A stretch of 64,000 nt of DNA from NCBI RefSeq assembly GCF_964204645.1, contig NC_134030.1:17360110-17424109 (forward strand). The letters are read 5' to 3'. The notes below the pieces were generated by a model. The model was not told the DNA's origin, ran no database searches, and saw nothing but the letters and a program-made list of their open reading frames with translations. The stretch comes from Tubulanus polymorphus. Its lineage: Eukaryota; Animalia; Nemertea. A program made the translations under genes and the position numbers. This document shows positions 41,075 through 51,371 of this stretch, in pieces. The stretch's first letter is position 1. Each line of letters begins with the position of its first letter.

Positions 41075-42353
41075 TGATCCGCGGCAAGATTCCGTAGTAA
41101 CTAAAAAATGTTTGTAATGTTGGTTTTTGTTTGCGTTGGTGGTTTCTTTGTGGGTATCAGACAACAAACGATGTAGTCTAAAATTGTGCAAGTTGTTGTT
41201 TGATGCTTCGATCTATCAGTGCTGACAATAAATCAGCCTGGTGCAAAAATAATTCTTTCTCGGTTCTTGTGCTGCGATATCTGGCAAACATTCAGAATCA
41301 TTTTTAAACTTAAGAATAGACGGAACCGTAATTGGTTGGGTCGGAACAATGAGGTGCTTTGATAATGTGGTTTGTGCAGGGATCTCGCTGTTACTTCTTG
41401 ATACTCCCGACTACTTTCTATAAAAGGAAGAACCGGAAGTATAGGAAGACATTGTTGTTTTGCTTTATCCTGTATTATAATAGAATTAGTTAAATTATAA
41501 ATGAAAATTGGTATTATAAGTATAGAATGATTTTAGATTTGATAATTAATTACATTGTATTTCTGAATCAAAAGTTTACTATTGTTAATTGGAAAAAGAA
41601 ACGATGAGTTTGTTCCATAATCTAGGTGAAAACTAAGTTTTGAAAATATATCTAAATTAAGTATCCTGGATGTTAATTAAGGACAAGACCTTTATAATCG
41701 CTTAAGTTTTATGGAAGTTTAATTGTGGCAAATATCAATACTAGCTCTCTAAAGTTTCTGTTGGTGTACATGTCTGTTGGTAACTCGTAGAGAATAGCTG
41801 CTCTCTCAACAATGATAAGCAAGGAGTGAGTAAATCAAAGCGCGTCATGACAGGAGGGTTGAAAAGAAAAGTTACTTTGGCAAATCAGTTTCTCAAATAA
41901 TTTTAGATTAGCGAATCATTAAGGCTAATTCTACATGTCCAAAACCGTCATGACAGCTAGGTTGCTGCTCCTTGCCAAAAGTCGAACGGGAGAGTCGGCA
42001 TTCTAGGAATGCCGATCTTTTCTATAAAAGAGGCCCGCAGTCTTGAGAAAGCAGACCTACTAGGGACGCTCGTTAAGATACTTGAGATTTGGGTTGAAAT
42101 ACCAGAATTAAGACGGGTTACCAACAGTAGTGTACAATAGGAATTTAGAGTTAGGAATTGGACTGTGTGCTATCTGGAGATATTACTATTATCAAGGTAA
42201 ATAAAATCTATTTTATTTTTATTATATTCAATCAGAATTTCGGCATTTTAGTTTGATTATTTGGGTTTGTGCACGGACACGTTCTCTCGCCAGGGACCGA
42301 TCTTTACGTTTTTATATTCAACGATTAAGGAGAGGATTGTGACCGGTGTATCA
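41075..42353 (+). repeat. 5' LTR of family A
   Basis: Direct repeat of 48973-50251; TATAAAA at 41419 and 42023; AATAAA at 42200. Confidence 0.95.
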
Positions 42354-42354
42354 T

Positions 42355-42372
42355 TGGTGCCGAAACCCGGGA
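42355..42372 (+). promoter_or_regulatory. Primer-binding site, tRNA-Phe
   Basis: TGGTGCCGAAACCCGGGA is the complement of the metazoan tRNA-Phe 3' end. Confidence 0.92.
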
Positions 42373-42430
42373 AATCAATAATCTTCGGTTTACGATAAAC
42401 TTTTTACATTAATTGTTTAGTTTTGTTCAA

Positions 42431-42958
42431 ATGGTACATATTTCCGTATGCTCCCACTGTGGTGCGAGGAACGCATTCTCTAAGAAGCGCCGCACTACAA
42501 CCAACTCAACATACGAAAAGAAATTGTGGGGGTCGAACCCACCTAATACCAAACCGTTTGAAATTCCGGTCGAGTTTCGGGAACCATTGTGGGATTTGAA
42601 CCCACTGCCCCCTCCGGTCGACCCTGTTGAGACACTGCGGGATTCGAACCCCAGAGGTGCACAGCCATTTGAGATCCCGGAAGAGTATCGGGAGCCGTTG
42701 TGGGATTCGAACCCACTGCTGACTTTGGCCGTATCTGCTGAGCCTTTACGGGATTCTAACCCGACCGCCACACAGCGCGAAGCTTCGATCACCTCGAGGG
42801 ATTCGAACCCTCTCGAACGCCGGCAAAGGGTAAAGCCAGTGAAAGTGCCCGAGAAATTCGACCCATTTTGGGCACATTTCTTTCGCGATTTTGCAAACCC
42901 GGCCGAGTTGTTCTTTGGTGATAAAGACGCTGACGGCTATTTCCTTTGTCCAGCATAG
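42431..42958 (+). CDS. Accessory ORF a: CxxCG plus six L(W/R)DSNP-type repeats and an aromatic tail
   Basis: Open ORF from an ATG; the tail differs from the 24730-24825 copy by 7 synonymous and 2 non-synonymous changes in 31 codons. Confidence 0.7.
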   Translation: MVHISVCSHCGARNAFSKKRRTTTNSTYEKKLWGSNPPNTKPFEIPVEFREPLWDLNPLPPPVDPVETLRDSNPRGAQPFEIPEEYREPLWDSNPLLTLAVSAEPLRDSNPTATQREASITSRDSNPLERRQRVKPVKVPEKFDPFWAHFFRDFANPAELFFGDKDADGYFLCPA

Positions 42959-43052
42959 ACTAAGGGGGTCTTATAGTACCAGTCAATTGTTAACTTTATG
43001 ATTGCCTGATTGTTATTTGTGGAAAATATTTTGTGTTGTTTGTGATTGATAC

Positions 43053-43493
43053 ATGTCAGCTGGGTTGAGGTGTGGTTACTGTGGGGCAACGGTTTACAAG
43101 ACGCACACGCTTGCCCCAGTCCCCAAGTCTAGTTGGGAGGTACCAGCTCATTTAAGGGAGCCACTGTGGGATTCGAACCCACTCAGCACCAAGGGTACCA
43201 CTAACAACAGAGCTGCTGAACAGCCACTGTGGGATTCGAACCCACTTAGCATCAAGGGTATTACCAACGACAGAGCTGTTGAACAGCCACTGTGGGATTC
43301 AAACCCACTCAGCACAAAGGGTACCAATAACGACGGAGCGGTCGGACAGACTCTGAGGGATTCGAACCCTCCACCCAGCGGGCTTAATATTTATACGTCT
43401 ACCTGGGATCAGGGGGATTTCAGTTTATGTGCTATCCCTGACCACAACGTATTGTTGGCTGATAAGTCGCGAATATACAGCTACTTTGATTAA
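43053..43493 (+). CDS. Accessory ORF b: CxxCG plus four 21-aa PLWDSNP repeats
   Basis: Open ORF; the N-terminus is conserved in the 24375-24610 copy, which has fewer repeats. Confidence 0.65.
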   Translation: MSAGLRCGYCGATVYKTHTLAPVPKSSWEVPAHLREPLWDSNPLSTKGTTNNRAAEQPLWDSNPLSIKGITNDRAVEQPLWDSNPLSTKGTNNDGAVGQTLRDSNPPPSGLNIYTSTWDQGDFSLCAIPDHNVLLADKSRIYSYFD

Positions 43494-43585
43494 ATTGGGG
43501 TTATTTATTTAAATTATAATAAGCAATTAAACTCGAATTGTATAATTTTCTTTTTGGTGATTATTATTTGTAAGTTAGTACGTTA

Positions 43586-44407
43586 ATGTCGGGGTCAATT
43601 ACGGTGAGGTGCACAAACAAACGTCGTAGCACTGGTTATTGGAGTACACTACCCCGAAAAAGGTGTCTCACTACTGTGAGTATAGCACCCGCAACACCTA
43701 CCATCACAACTGCTTCCCCTGGGACCAGTGCTGGGACTCCAACTTCTCAGTCTTCAGACTTTGACTTTTTGGATAGTTGTTTGTATTGTGAGGGCCCAAC
43801 GTTAGCGGTTTTTCAGGACCAGGTAAATTGTACTTGCTCGTTTTCAGTGACCCCTTCTCCGCCCCTAAGTCCTTCGGGTACGGATTCGATCCGAGATAGC
43901 TCGATACGGACTGGTGAACCTTTCACACGGCCGCCGTCATCAGCTGGATCAACCGGTTCCAGCGACTCAAGCTTTTCGTGCTGTTGTTCGGTGCCGCCTG
44001 GTTCACCTATAGGGTTTGATCAGTTCGACTTAGAGCAACCGGCAGACCTGTCTGCAACTCGATCTTTAAACAGACCATTAGCAATTGTTACGCCTGTAGC
44101 GGGCCAACTGTTGGGCGGACATTTGGGCGCACCTGTCCAAAGTTTTCCACTAGACCTGTCCTTAGGTGCGTCTGCGGTTGACCAACCGTTGGATCTGTCG
44201 CCCAGCGGGGGTTTAGGCCGATTTTCGGAAAGTCAGTCTGCCCTTGGCCCTTGCACCTCGTGGACTTTTGAGGAGATTGATGACATTCTTTCGTCATTTT
44301 TAAGGGAAGAGTTTACGGTGGAGGAGGTTGCCCGTACTTGGGAAAACCTACTTTGTTGGGCTGATCGCCAGGATCAGGTTTGGAATTTAAAAGTAGCATC
44401 ATCGTAG
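43586..44407 (+). CDS. Accessory ORF c: low-complexity protein with NLS-like KRR/PRKR and three PxDLS motifs
   Basis: 273-aa open ORF; PADLS at 44039, PLDLS at 44147 and 44186; motifs retained in the 23370-24179 copy. Confidence 0.7.
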   Translation: MSGSITVRCTNKRRSTGYWSTLPRKRCLTTVSIAPATPTITTASPGTSAGTPTSQSSDFDFLDSCLYCEGPTLAVFQDQVNCTCSFSVTPSPPLSPSGTDSIRDSSIRTGEPFTRPPSSAGSTGSSDSSFSCCCSVPPGSPIGFDQFDLEQPADLSATRSLNRPLAIVTPVAGQLLGGHLGAPVQSFPLDLSLGASAVDQPLDLSPSGGLGRFSESQSALGPCTSWTFEEIDDILSSFLREEFTVEEVARTWENLLCWADRQDQVWNLKVASS

Positions 44408-44441
44408 GGATAATAATAATTTGATTACTCTGGTTTAGAAA

Positions 44442-45539
44442 ATGGCAACTAGAAGCGGGACAACATACGGGTCGGACGATGCGGGTGGCTTGCAGGGGCA
44501 AACCTCTACAGGAGGGAACCCACAGGGTCACCCCCCAATTAGCAATGACACGGTTTTAGAGGCCCTCTCGGGCTTACGCGAACAGGTGGACACGGCCACC
44601 GCGTTTATGAACTTCTCCATGCTCCCGAAATTTACAGGACGAGACAGTCAGTGCGTCTCTGATTGGTTCAGAGGGTTCAATCGTTTGGCCGATCTGAGAG
44701 GCTGGGACAAAAATGCCAAAAAGAAACAGTTAGATTGGTTTTTGGCTGGCCCAGCCCTAGTTCTATTCAATGACCTCCGCATTGATCAGGCGACCGATTC
44801 GACCGGCACAAAAATTACCACTCCCTGGGAAAATATTGTCCGTGCGTTTTGCGCGCAATTTAGCCCTACCTCGTGGGCTTTGGACAAGGAGTCGGCTTTG
44901 ACGACGATGCGACAGGGGGAGACACAACCGGTCGATAGGTTTGCGGAAGAGATTGATCGTGTGGCCTCGAGTTTGAAATTTTCGGACCACCAGAAAAATA
45001 TGTTACTAATTAACAACTCACGCCCTGACATCTCTGTCTACCTGTTGTCACAGCGTCCGACGACATTTAGGGATGCATGGGAGGCAGCCAGAATGGCGGA
45101 GCATATCGAACAACGTAAAGCTCTGTCGTCTCCCAAGGTATCGCAAATTGGGACCGAACCAAATAAAGCGATGGGTGACGTTATGGCTGAATTACGGGAC
45201 ATGTTCCGCCAAATTATGGACATCCAGAAGTCTACCCGTACTCAGCGGAATGATAGAGCCACATTTTATAGCGAAAGCCGCCCGTCACAAAGGTCACAAG
45301 ATGGCCAGGTGGTGTGCTTTCAATGTCACGCCCCTGGTCATTACGCCAGGAATTGCCCGACGTGGCGTTACGACCAACAAAGGTCACCAAACCGGGACGC
45401 ATTTCAGCGTGATAATCGCCGTCCCCAAAATGCTAGTAGGGGTCACTTTCGGTCACAGAATCTTGGGCGTGATTCCCAGCGGGTTAATCGAACATTTGGC
45501 CATGGAAACGACCGGAGACCTCATCCTATGGACCGATAA
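44442..45539 (+). CDS. gag: Gypsy Gag (capsid plus CCHC knuckle)
   Basis: PKFTG...WF...W, QGETQPVDRFA, CFQCHAPGHYARNC. Confidence 0.92.
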   Translation: MATRSGTTYGSDDAGGLQGQTSTGGNPQGHPPISNDTVLEALSGLREQVDTATAFMNFSMLPKFTGRDSQCVSDWFRGFNRLADLRGWDKNAKKKQLDWFLAGPALVLFNDLRIDQATDSTGTKITTPWENIVRAFCAQFSPTSWALDKESALTTMRQGETQPVDRFAEEIDRVASSLKFSDHQKNMLLINNSRPDISVYLLSQRPTTFRDAWEAARMAEHIEQRKALSSPKVSQIGTEPNKAMGDVMAELRDMFRQIMDIQKSTRTQRNDRATFYSESRPSQRSQDGQVVCFQCHAPGHYARNCPTWRYDQQRSPNRDAFQRDNRRPQNASRGHFRSQNLGRDSQRVNRTFGHGNDRRPHPMDR

Positions 45540-45541
45540 GG

Positions 45542-45672
45542 GTGGGGTCACGCAATGAATGGTCAACTGAGCCCTCGCCGGACTCGTTAATAAGGAGTGA
45601 TTATTGGTGGGATGACACATATTCGGGTTATCATAGTTATGATGATGACAGTCCGGTAATTGATGATTATAT

Positions 45673-45716
<44 letters not shown>

Positions 45717-46759
45717 ATTATTATTTAGAGGACGATAGGGATGATATATTTGACATGTCATTTGATCAGGGCGACATGCTAGCTGACTCATTTTCTCTTT
45801 ATTTTGAACCTGAGGGGAACTGTAATGCAGATTACTTAGATGACACTGAACCTTTACATTTAGATAAGTTTATTGATTATCACACTCCTTCATGGGGTGC
45901 CGATGACGTTTATGACATTCAAGATCGTAACTTTGGGGATAGCTGGAGGGACAATTCTCAGTTGTCGTTAGATGGAAATTTTTATATGGATCAGGGATCC
46001 AATTTTGAGGACATCTGGAAGGACAATTCCCAGTTGTCGGCTACTTACGGGCATATAAATAGACACAGGAGGGTTACGTTTAGCGATCCGGTTAAATTGC
46101 AGGAGGTACGTGCTGATATGGCGTGCTCAGGTGACAATATTTGTATTGATAGGTCACACCCTAGAGGGGTTAATGGTCCGACGGATTCGGCAGAAGATGA
46201 CCTTTTTAGAGATAGGAAGTCTCATTTAGATTGTCACGAAGGCGCTTTTGATCAGTATAGGTACCCAGCAACCTCCGAATCAGCAATACAATGTGATCTT
46301 GTGTCATCAGATTCAAGTAGTAGTAATAATTCACGATCGGAATGTCTTAATGATCAGAGTAATATGGAAACTATTTTGTCAAAGATATCTAGTCAGGAGT
46401 CAATGTCGGAGAATTTGTGTCACTCGTTTGAAAGAGGACAGAACTTTCCTGTCACCTCAAATGCCAGCAGTTTTCACCATCCAGTTAGGGATGGCATGTC
46501 CCATGAACAGGACAGAGGTCAAGTTGTCCTCACGTCTAAACCGAATATGCAAATCAACGAAAAGGTTGGGATAGGAGATTCGAACTCCGATTGTCAACCA
46601 ACTGTTCACTGTCAGGAACAATTTCCACCTGTTACGATGACTTTAGGTAACACGTCAACCAACGACATAGGGTCCTTTTCCAGTCAGAACAACACTATTG
46701 GACAGGAGGCTTATTCCCCGTCAAATCATGGCAACTGCCGCCAACCGAGTGACTGGTAG
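45542..46759 (+). CDS. Acidic low-complexity ORF between gag and protease
   Basis: 405 open codons, Asp-rich, (GAT)13 at 45677-45715; homologous sequence at 63700-64000. Confidence 0.55.
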
Positions 46760-47519
46760 TCATTCAGGGACACCGTTAAACATTTTGATTGATACGGGTG
46801 CCGATATTTCTGTAGTGTCAAACAATTACTTCATCAATCATCCTCAGATATCGAATGGCCCTTTGCAGGAGGGACAATTTCAGTCCGCCCGTGGGGTAGA
46901 TGGTACTAAGTTTTATTTAAAAGGTGTTATTTCCGTAGATTTTGTATTAGGAAATTTGGACGTGTCACATTCTATGTACGTGGTGGATGGAGTCACCTCG
47001 GACTTCATTCTCGGAGTTGATTTCCTGGAACGAAACCAGGCAGTTATCGATTATGCTAAAAAGGCTCTCTTGTTGCCAGGCGCCGACATAATTTACTTTA
47101 GTAATGATGTCATCTTGGGGAAATCTTCGTCGGTTAAAGTCACGCGTATGACTGTTATTCCCCCTTCATGCGATGTCACCGTAGACCGTAAGTGGTTAAT
47201 TGACAAGTCTCAGTCATCGATTGCAGCCTTTGAGCCTGTACATGATTTGAGAATGCGTGATCGCATGAGCGCAAGGTCAGTTGTTAGCGTCATGCCATCA
47301 AGGCATCGGTTTCGAGTCACGAACCCTACGTCACGACACGTCACCCTCTTTGAAGATACGTGTCGTAGTGATTCGTGGACAGATGGGTGGTCACTTGACC
47401 GATCACTCAAAACAGAGGCGAAGTCAGGACAGCTTCCTCGGCCACCGGAGGTGTCTATCACACATGTGGAAGACCCTCAGACGTCAGACAAAATTTGTAA
47501 GTATAATCGAATTATTTAG
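46698..47519 (+). CDS. pro: Retropepsin aspartic protease (truncated pol)
   Basis: ILIDTGADISVV and FILGVDFL. Confidence 0.9.
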   Translation: MDRRLIPRQIMATAANRVTGSHSGTPLNILIDTGADISVVSNNYFINHPQISNGPLQEGQFQSARGVDGTKFYLKGVISVDFVLGNLDVSHSMYVVDGVTSDFILGVDFLERNQAVIDYAKKALLLPGADIIYFSNDVILGKSSSVKVTRMTVIPPSCDVTVDRKWLIDKSQSSIAAFEPVHDLRMRDRMSARSVVSVMPSRHRFRVTNPTSRHVTLFEDTCRSDSWTDGWSLDRSLKTEAKSGQLPRPPEVSITHVEDPQTSDKICKYNRII

Positions 47520-48972
47520 AGTTTGGATCAAGATGCATACGTCCTATTGAAAATTATGAATTGTATACGGTAAGCGTCTCTTCAGTAAGTTATCGAAATA
47601 TAATTACTTAAGTGTTGTAAAACTGAAGTATATATAACGCATTGTTGCCAATGAGTTAACTCCTGATCTGGGTTTAATCTAATACAGGAGATAAAGACAA
47701 CTATAAATAAAAGTGAATAATAGCTTGATTGTCGTGATATTGGTTTTTTTTTGCTGAAATATCACTAGTCTCTAGGGTTTATTATCTGTAGTCTGAATGG
47801 ATGTCATTAATTGTCAGTTAGAAAAGAAAGAGTTATGATATGTTTGAATAATCTCTGTATTATTATGATATTAATTGTAGGATACCCGTATCGGATGTGT
47901 TGGAATGAGACCGCCGAAGATACGATAGCACTTAGATGGAAGAATGCCTTCTTCTGTCAACCGCAATAGATGTTGATGGGTACCCCCCTGATAGTGACCA
48001 TATGGAGATGGGGACTTGTTGGGAGGTATCCTGAAACTCTATTCGATGCAACTGATAGTTGAAAAACCAGCAACTGGTATGCTCTGGCCGAGATGGGTGA
48101 TATTAATTCACCGATTCGTCAATTAACGAGGAAAAAGGAACAACTATATACAGCCTACAACAACGATCTAGGGCGTTGCCGTTTCAACGGGATGGAATTA
48201 TGCTCGATGATTAGTCATGCGATTCTGGCCATTGTTAGTGGTGTTTGTCACTCTCGAAGACCTGTTATATACTCACAAACTTAAGTGATGAAGGGTGGAC
48301 AAAGACACCTGGCCAATGCGATACGAAATATGAAGAAAAGTGATAATTTCCGTAGACATTTTAGCGGAGTAAAGCCGAGTGTGTTCAAGATGGCTCCCGT
48401 GTAGTTACATTAACATTCGATGGAATGTTGTTCGCTCAAGCCGTAAGATGCGAATACATTACTGTTCCGTTTCTATATTAACTGTGGAGAAAAGACTCCG
48501 ATATAGTAACCGTAGTACTATAGCGTCTATGAATAGCGAGCATTTGCCGTACTATCAACGTAGCAGTACGCGCTGCGAGGAACTGCGGTGGATGACGTCA
48601 TTCGTCCGTCCATGACGTACTTTGTTGTGTCTGGTAGCTGTTGCGTCACTTCGCGGTAAATTCTAAACTCAAACTGTGAACTGTTTTGTGCTTAACTTTC
48701 GACTGTTTAGTGTGCGGGGACAGCGGTCTCGAATGAACTTTTTTCCGATTGGGTATCCAGAACTTTAAATGCGGTTTTATGATAAACTATATCCTGAACT
48801 TTAATACGCGTTTGTTGTGTTGAACTTTTAAACAGTTACTCGTTGCATGAATTGTTTTTTTTTGTAATTGATGTTCTTTTTCAGGATCTGTCTAGGGAAG
48901 TTTCAGCGCGATTTTCATGAGTCAGTCTAAATTCAAAATTTCGGGACGAAATTTAAGCTGGATGGGGAGTGA

Positions 48973-50251
48973 TGATCCGCAGCAAGATTCCGTAGTAACT
49001 AAAAAATGTTTGTAATGTTGGTTTTTGTTTGCGTTGGTGGTTTCTTTATGGGTATCAGACAACAAACGATGTAGTCTAAAATTGTGCAAGTTGTTGTTTG
49101 ATGCTTTGATCTATCAGCGCTGACAATAAATCAGCCTGGTGCAAAAATAATTCTTTCTCGGTTCTTGTGCTGCGATATCTGGCAAACATTCAGAATCATT
49201 TTTAAACTTAAGAATAGACGGAACCGTAATTGGTTGGGTCGGAACAATGAGGTGCTTTGATAATGTGGTTTGTGCAGGGATCTCGCTGTTACTTCTTGAT
49301 ACTCCCGACTACTTTCTATAAAAGGAAGAACCGGAGGTATAGGAAGACATTGTTGTTTTGCTTTATCCTGTATTATAATAGAATTAGTTAAATTATAAAT
49401 GAAAATTGGTATAATAAGTATAGAATGATTTTAGATTTGATAATTAATTACATTGTATTTCTGAATCAAAAGTTTACTATTGTTAATTGGAAAAAGAAAC
49501 GATGAGTTTGTTCCATAATCTAGGTGAAAACTAAGTTTTGAAAATATATCTAAATTAAGTATCCTGGATGTTAATTAAGGACAAGACCTTCATAATCGCT
49601 TAAGTTTTATGGAAGTTTAATTGTGGCAAATATCAATACTAGCTCTCTAAAGTTTCTGTTGGTGTACATGTCTGTTGGTAACTCGTAGAGAATAGCTGCT
49701 CTCTCAACAATGATAAGCAAGGAGTGAGTAAATCGAAGCGCGTCATGACAGGAGGGTTGAAAAGAAAAGTTACTTTGGCAAATCAGTTTCTCAAATAATT
49801 TTAGATTAGCGAATCATTAAGGCTAATTCTACATGTCCAAAACCGTCATGACAGCTAGGTTGCTGCTCCTTGCCAAAAGTCGAACGGGAGAGTCGGCATT
49901 CTAGGAATGCCGATCTTTTCTATAAAAGAGGCCCGCAGTCTTGAGAAAGCAGACCTACTAGGGACGCTCGTTAAGATACTTGAGATTTGGGTTGAAATAC
50001 CAGAATTAAGACGGGTTACCAACAGTAGTGTACAATAGGAATTTAGAGTTAGGAATTGGACTGTGTGCTATCTGGAGATATTACTATTATCAAGGTAAAT
50101 AAAATCTATTTTATTATTATTATATTCAATCAGAATTTCGGCATTTTAGTTTGATTATTTGGGTTTGTGCACGGACACGTTCTCTCGCCAGGGACCGATC
50201 TTTACGTTTTTATATTCAACGATTAAGGAGAGGATTGTGACCGGTGTATCA
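48973..50251 (+). repeat. 3' LTR of family A
   Basis: Preceded by the hairpin aaatttcgggacgaaattt and the PPT. Confidence 0.95.
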
Positions 50252-50255
50252 ATAC

Positions 50256-50878
50256 CATTCATTGTGGGAATTGTAATCATTGGATAAGTTAAAATAAATG
50301 AGTTCGAGGGTTGGAAAAATAGTATATATGTAATCTCTTCGGTGCGGTTGAGAAGGGGAGCAGACCGGCAGGTATCATGACGTCGAGGGTCGGGTTAAAG
50401 TTAGCAGCGAATGAAAAGTCTAGGAATCAGGACCCCGGCTCTGCGTCGTGGTGCTGCGTTGGTTGCTCGTTCCCTTTTACGGCTGGCCGCAAGCAGGGTT
50501 CTGGATTTTTCTTGGGTGTGGACGCAGCCGTATAAAAGGGGCCGCACCTCGAGAGAGAGCGGACTCTTTTAGAAAGCATTTTCAGGGGAAGCATTAGAAG
50601 ACTATAGAACAGATAACTTTCGGCTATCCGGTTGAATTGCATCTTCTTGTGTGCGGGATTTGTAACAAAATTCTAATTAAAAGGTAGGGAATTTTATAAA
50701 TTGTTGAGACTATAGTTCAGCTAAAATTGTAGAATTAAAGTTGAGTATTATCATATTCAAATCCGGAGTTCCTTTTATTCCTTGGTTTTCGGGTTTCTGT
50801 GTTCGTGGTCGACTTTCTCGCCAGGGACCGGAGTTTGTAATAGAGGAAAAAGACAATAGAGATAGGGACCGCGGAACA
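50256..50878 (+). repeat. Family B LTR interrupted by the family A element
   Basis: 41020-41074 joined to 50256-50878 restores the reverse complement of 6628-7304; no PBS follows. Confidence 0.85.
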
Positions 50879-51371
50879 GTATCATAGCCTATCACGTATT
50901 CTCTCGTCACACCATTCCACCGAGCTATGTAAAGGATTTATACGTATGTTATACGTCACCAGTTTATTACTTGTTTACTACTTAAACATACTAGAGTTCA
51001 AAGCTGCCGCTGTAACCAGCATCCCTACGCAGATGCCCACGTCACTTTCACATATCTTCTATTCAGTGTCTTATGTGCGACGTAAGTGTTCACGTAGGTT
51101 GTTTATTAACTTCAGCCACTGCCCTGAACTCTGGCTTCCCTCCCCGTTATGCAAACTAATTGTGAACTTATTTATCACTCCAATACTATCCCCCTATCCA
51201 GACGATTGGTCCCCAATCGCTAAAAATTCTTAAGACCCTATTGTATTTTCCCCAAAAAAGTTTTCAAAAGTGCATAGGCTTTAGAACATCATTCATAAGC
51301 AACATCTCTTACTACTTAAATTCAGCCGCAAGGTAATGAAAATTACGAAACCTTCAGAATATCAAGACTAA

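Larger units (their letters stand above)
41075..50251 (+). mobile_element. Family A Gypsy-type LTR element, full length but non-autonomous
   Basis: Two 1279-bp LTRs (TGAT...ATCA) with about 9 differences by eye; TSD ATAC (41071-41074 and 50252-50255); PBS 42355-42372; PPT ggatggggagtga; no RT, RH or IN motifs after the protease. Confidence 0.95.

Noticed and set aside
42526-43371. CRISPR array (palindromic repeats with spacers)
   Set aside because: Spacers are homologous to one another and between copies, the repeat is only 13-17 nt, there are no cas genes, and the context is a eukaryotic retrotransposon.
43166-43371. True tRNA genes or a tRNA-derived SINE
   Set aside because: Only the T-arm is present; I could not build a D-arm/A-box, anticodon arm or acceptor stem.
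43778-43800. LxCxE Rb-binding motif in ORF c (CLYCEG)
   Set aside because: The spacing is wrong (LYCEG) and the second copy reads CLYSAG.
45453-45791. Poly-His ORF on the minus strand
   Set aside because: It is the antisense reading of the (GAT)n microsatellite.
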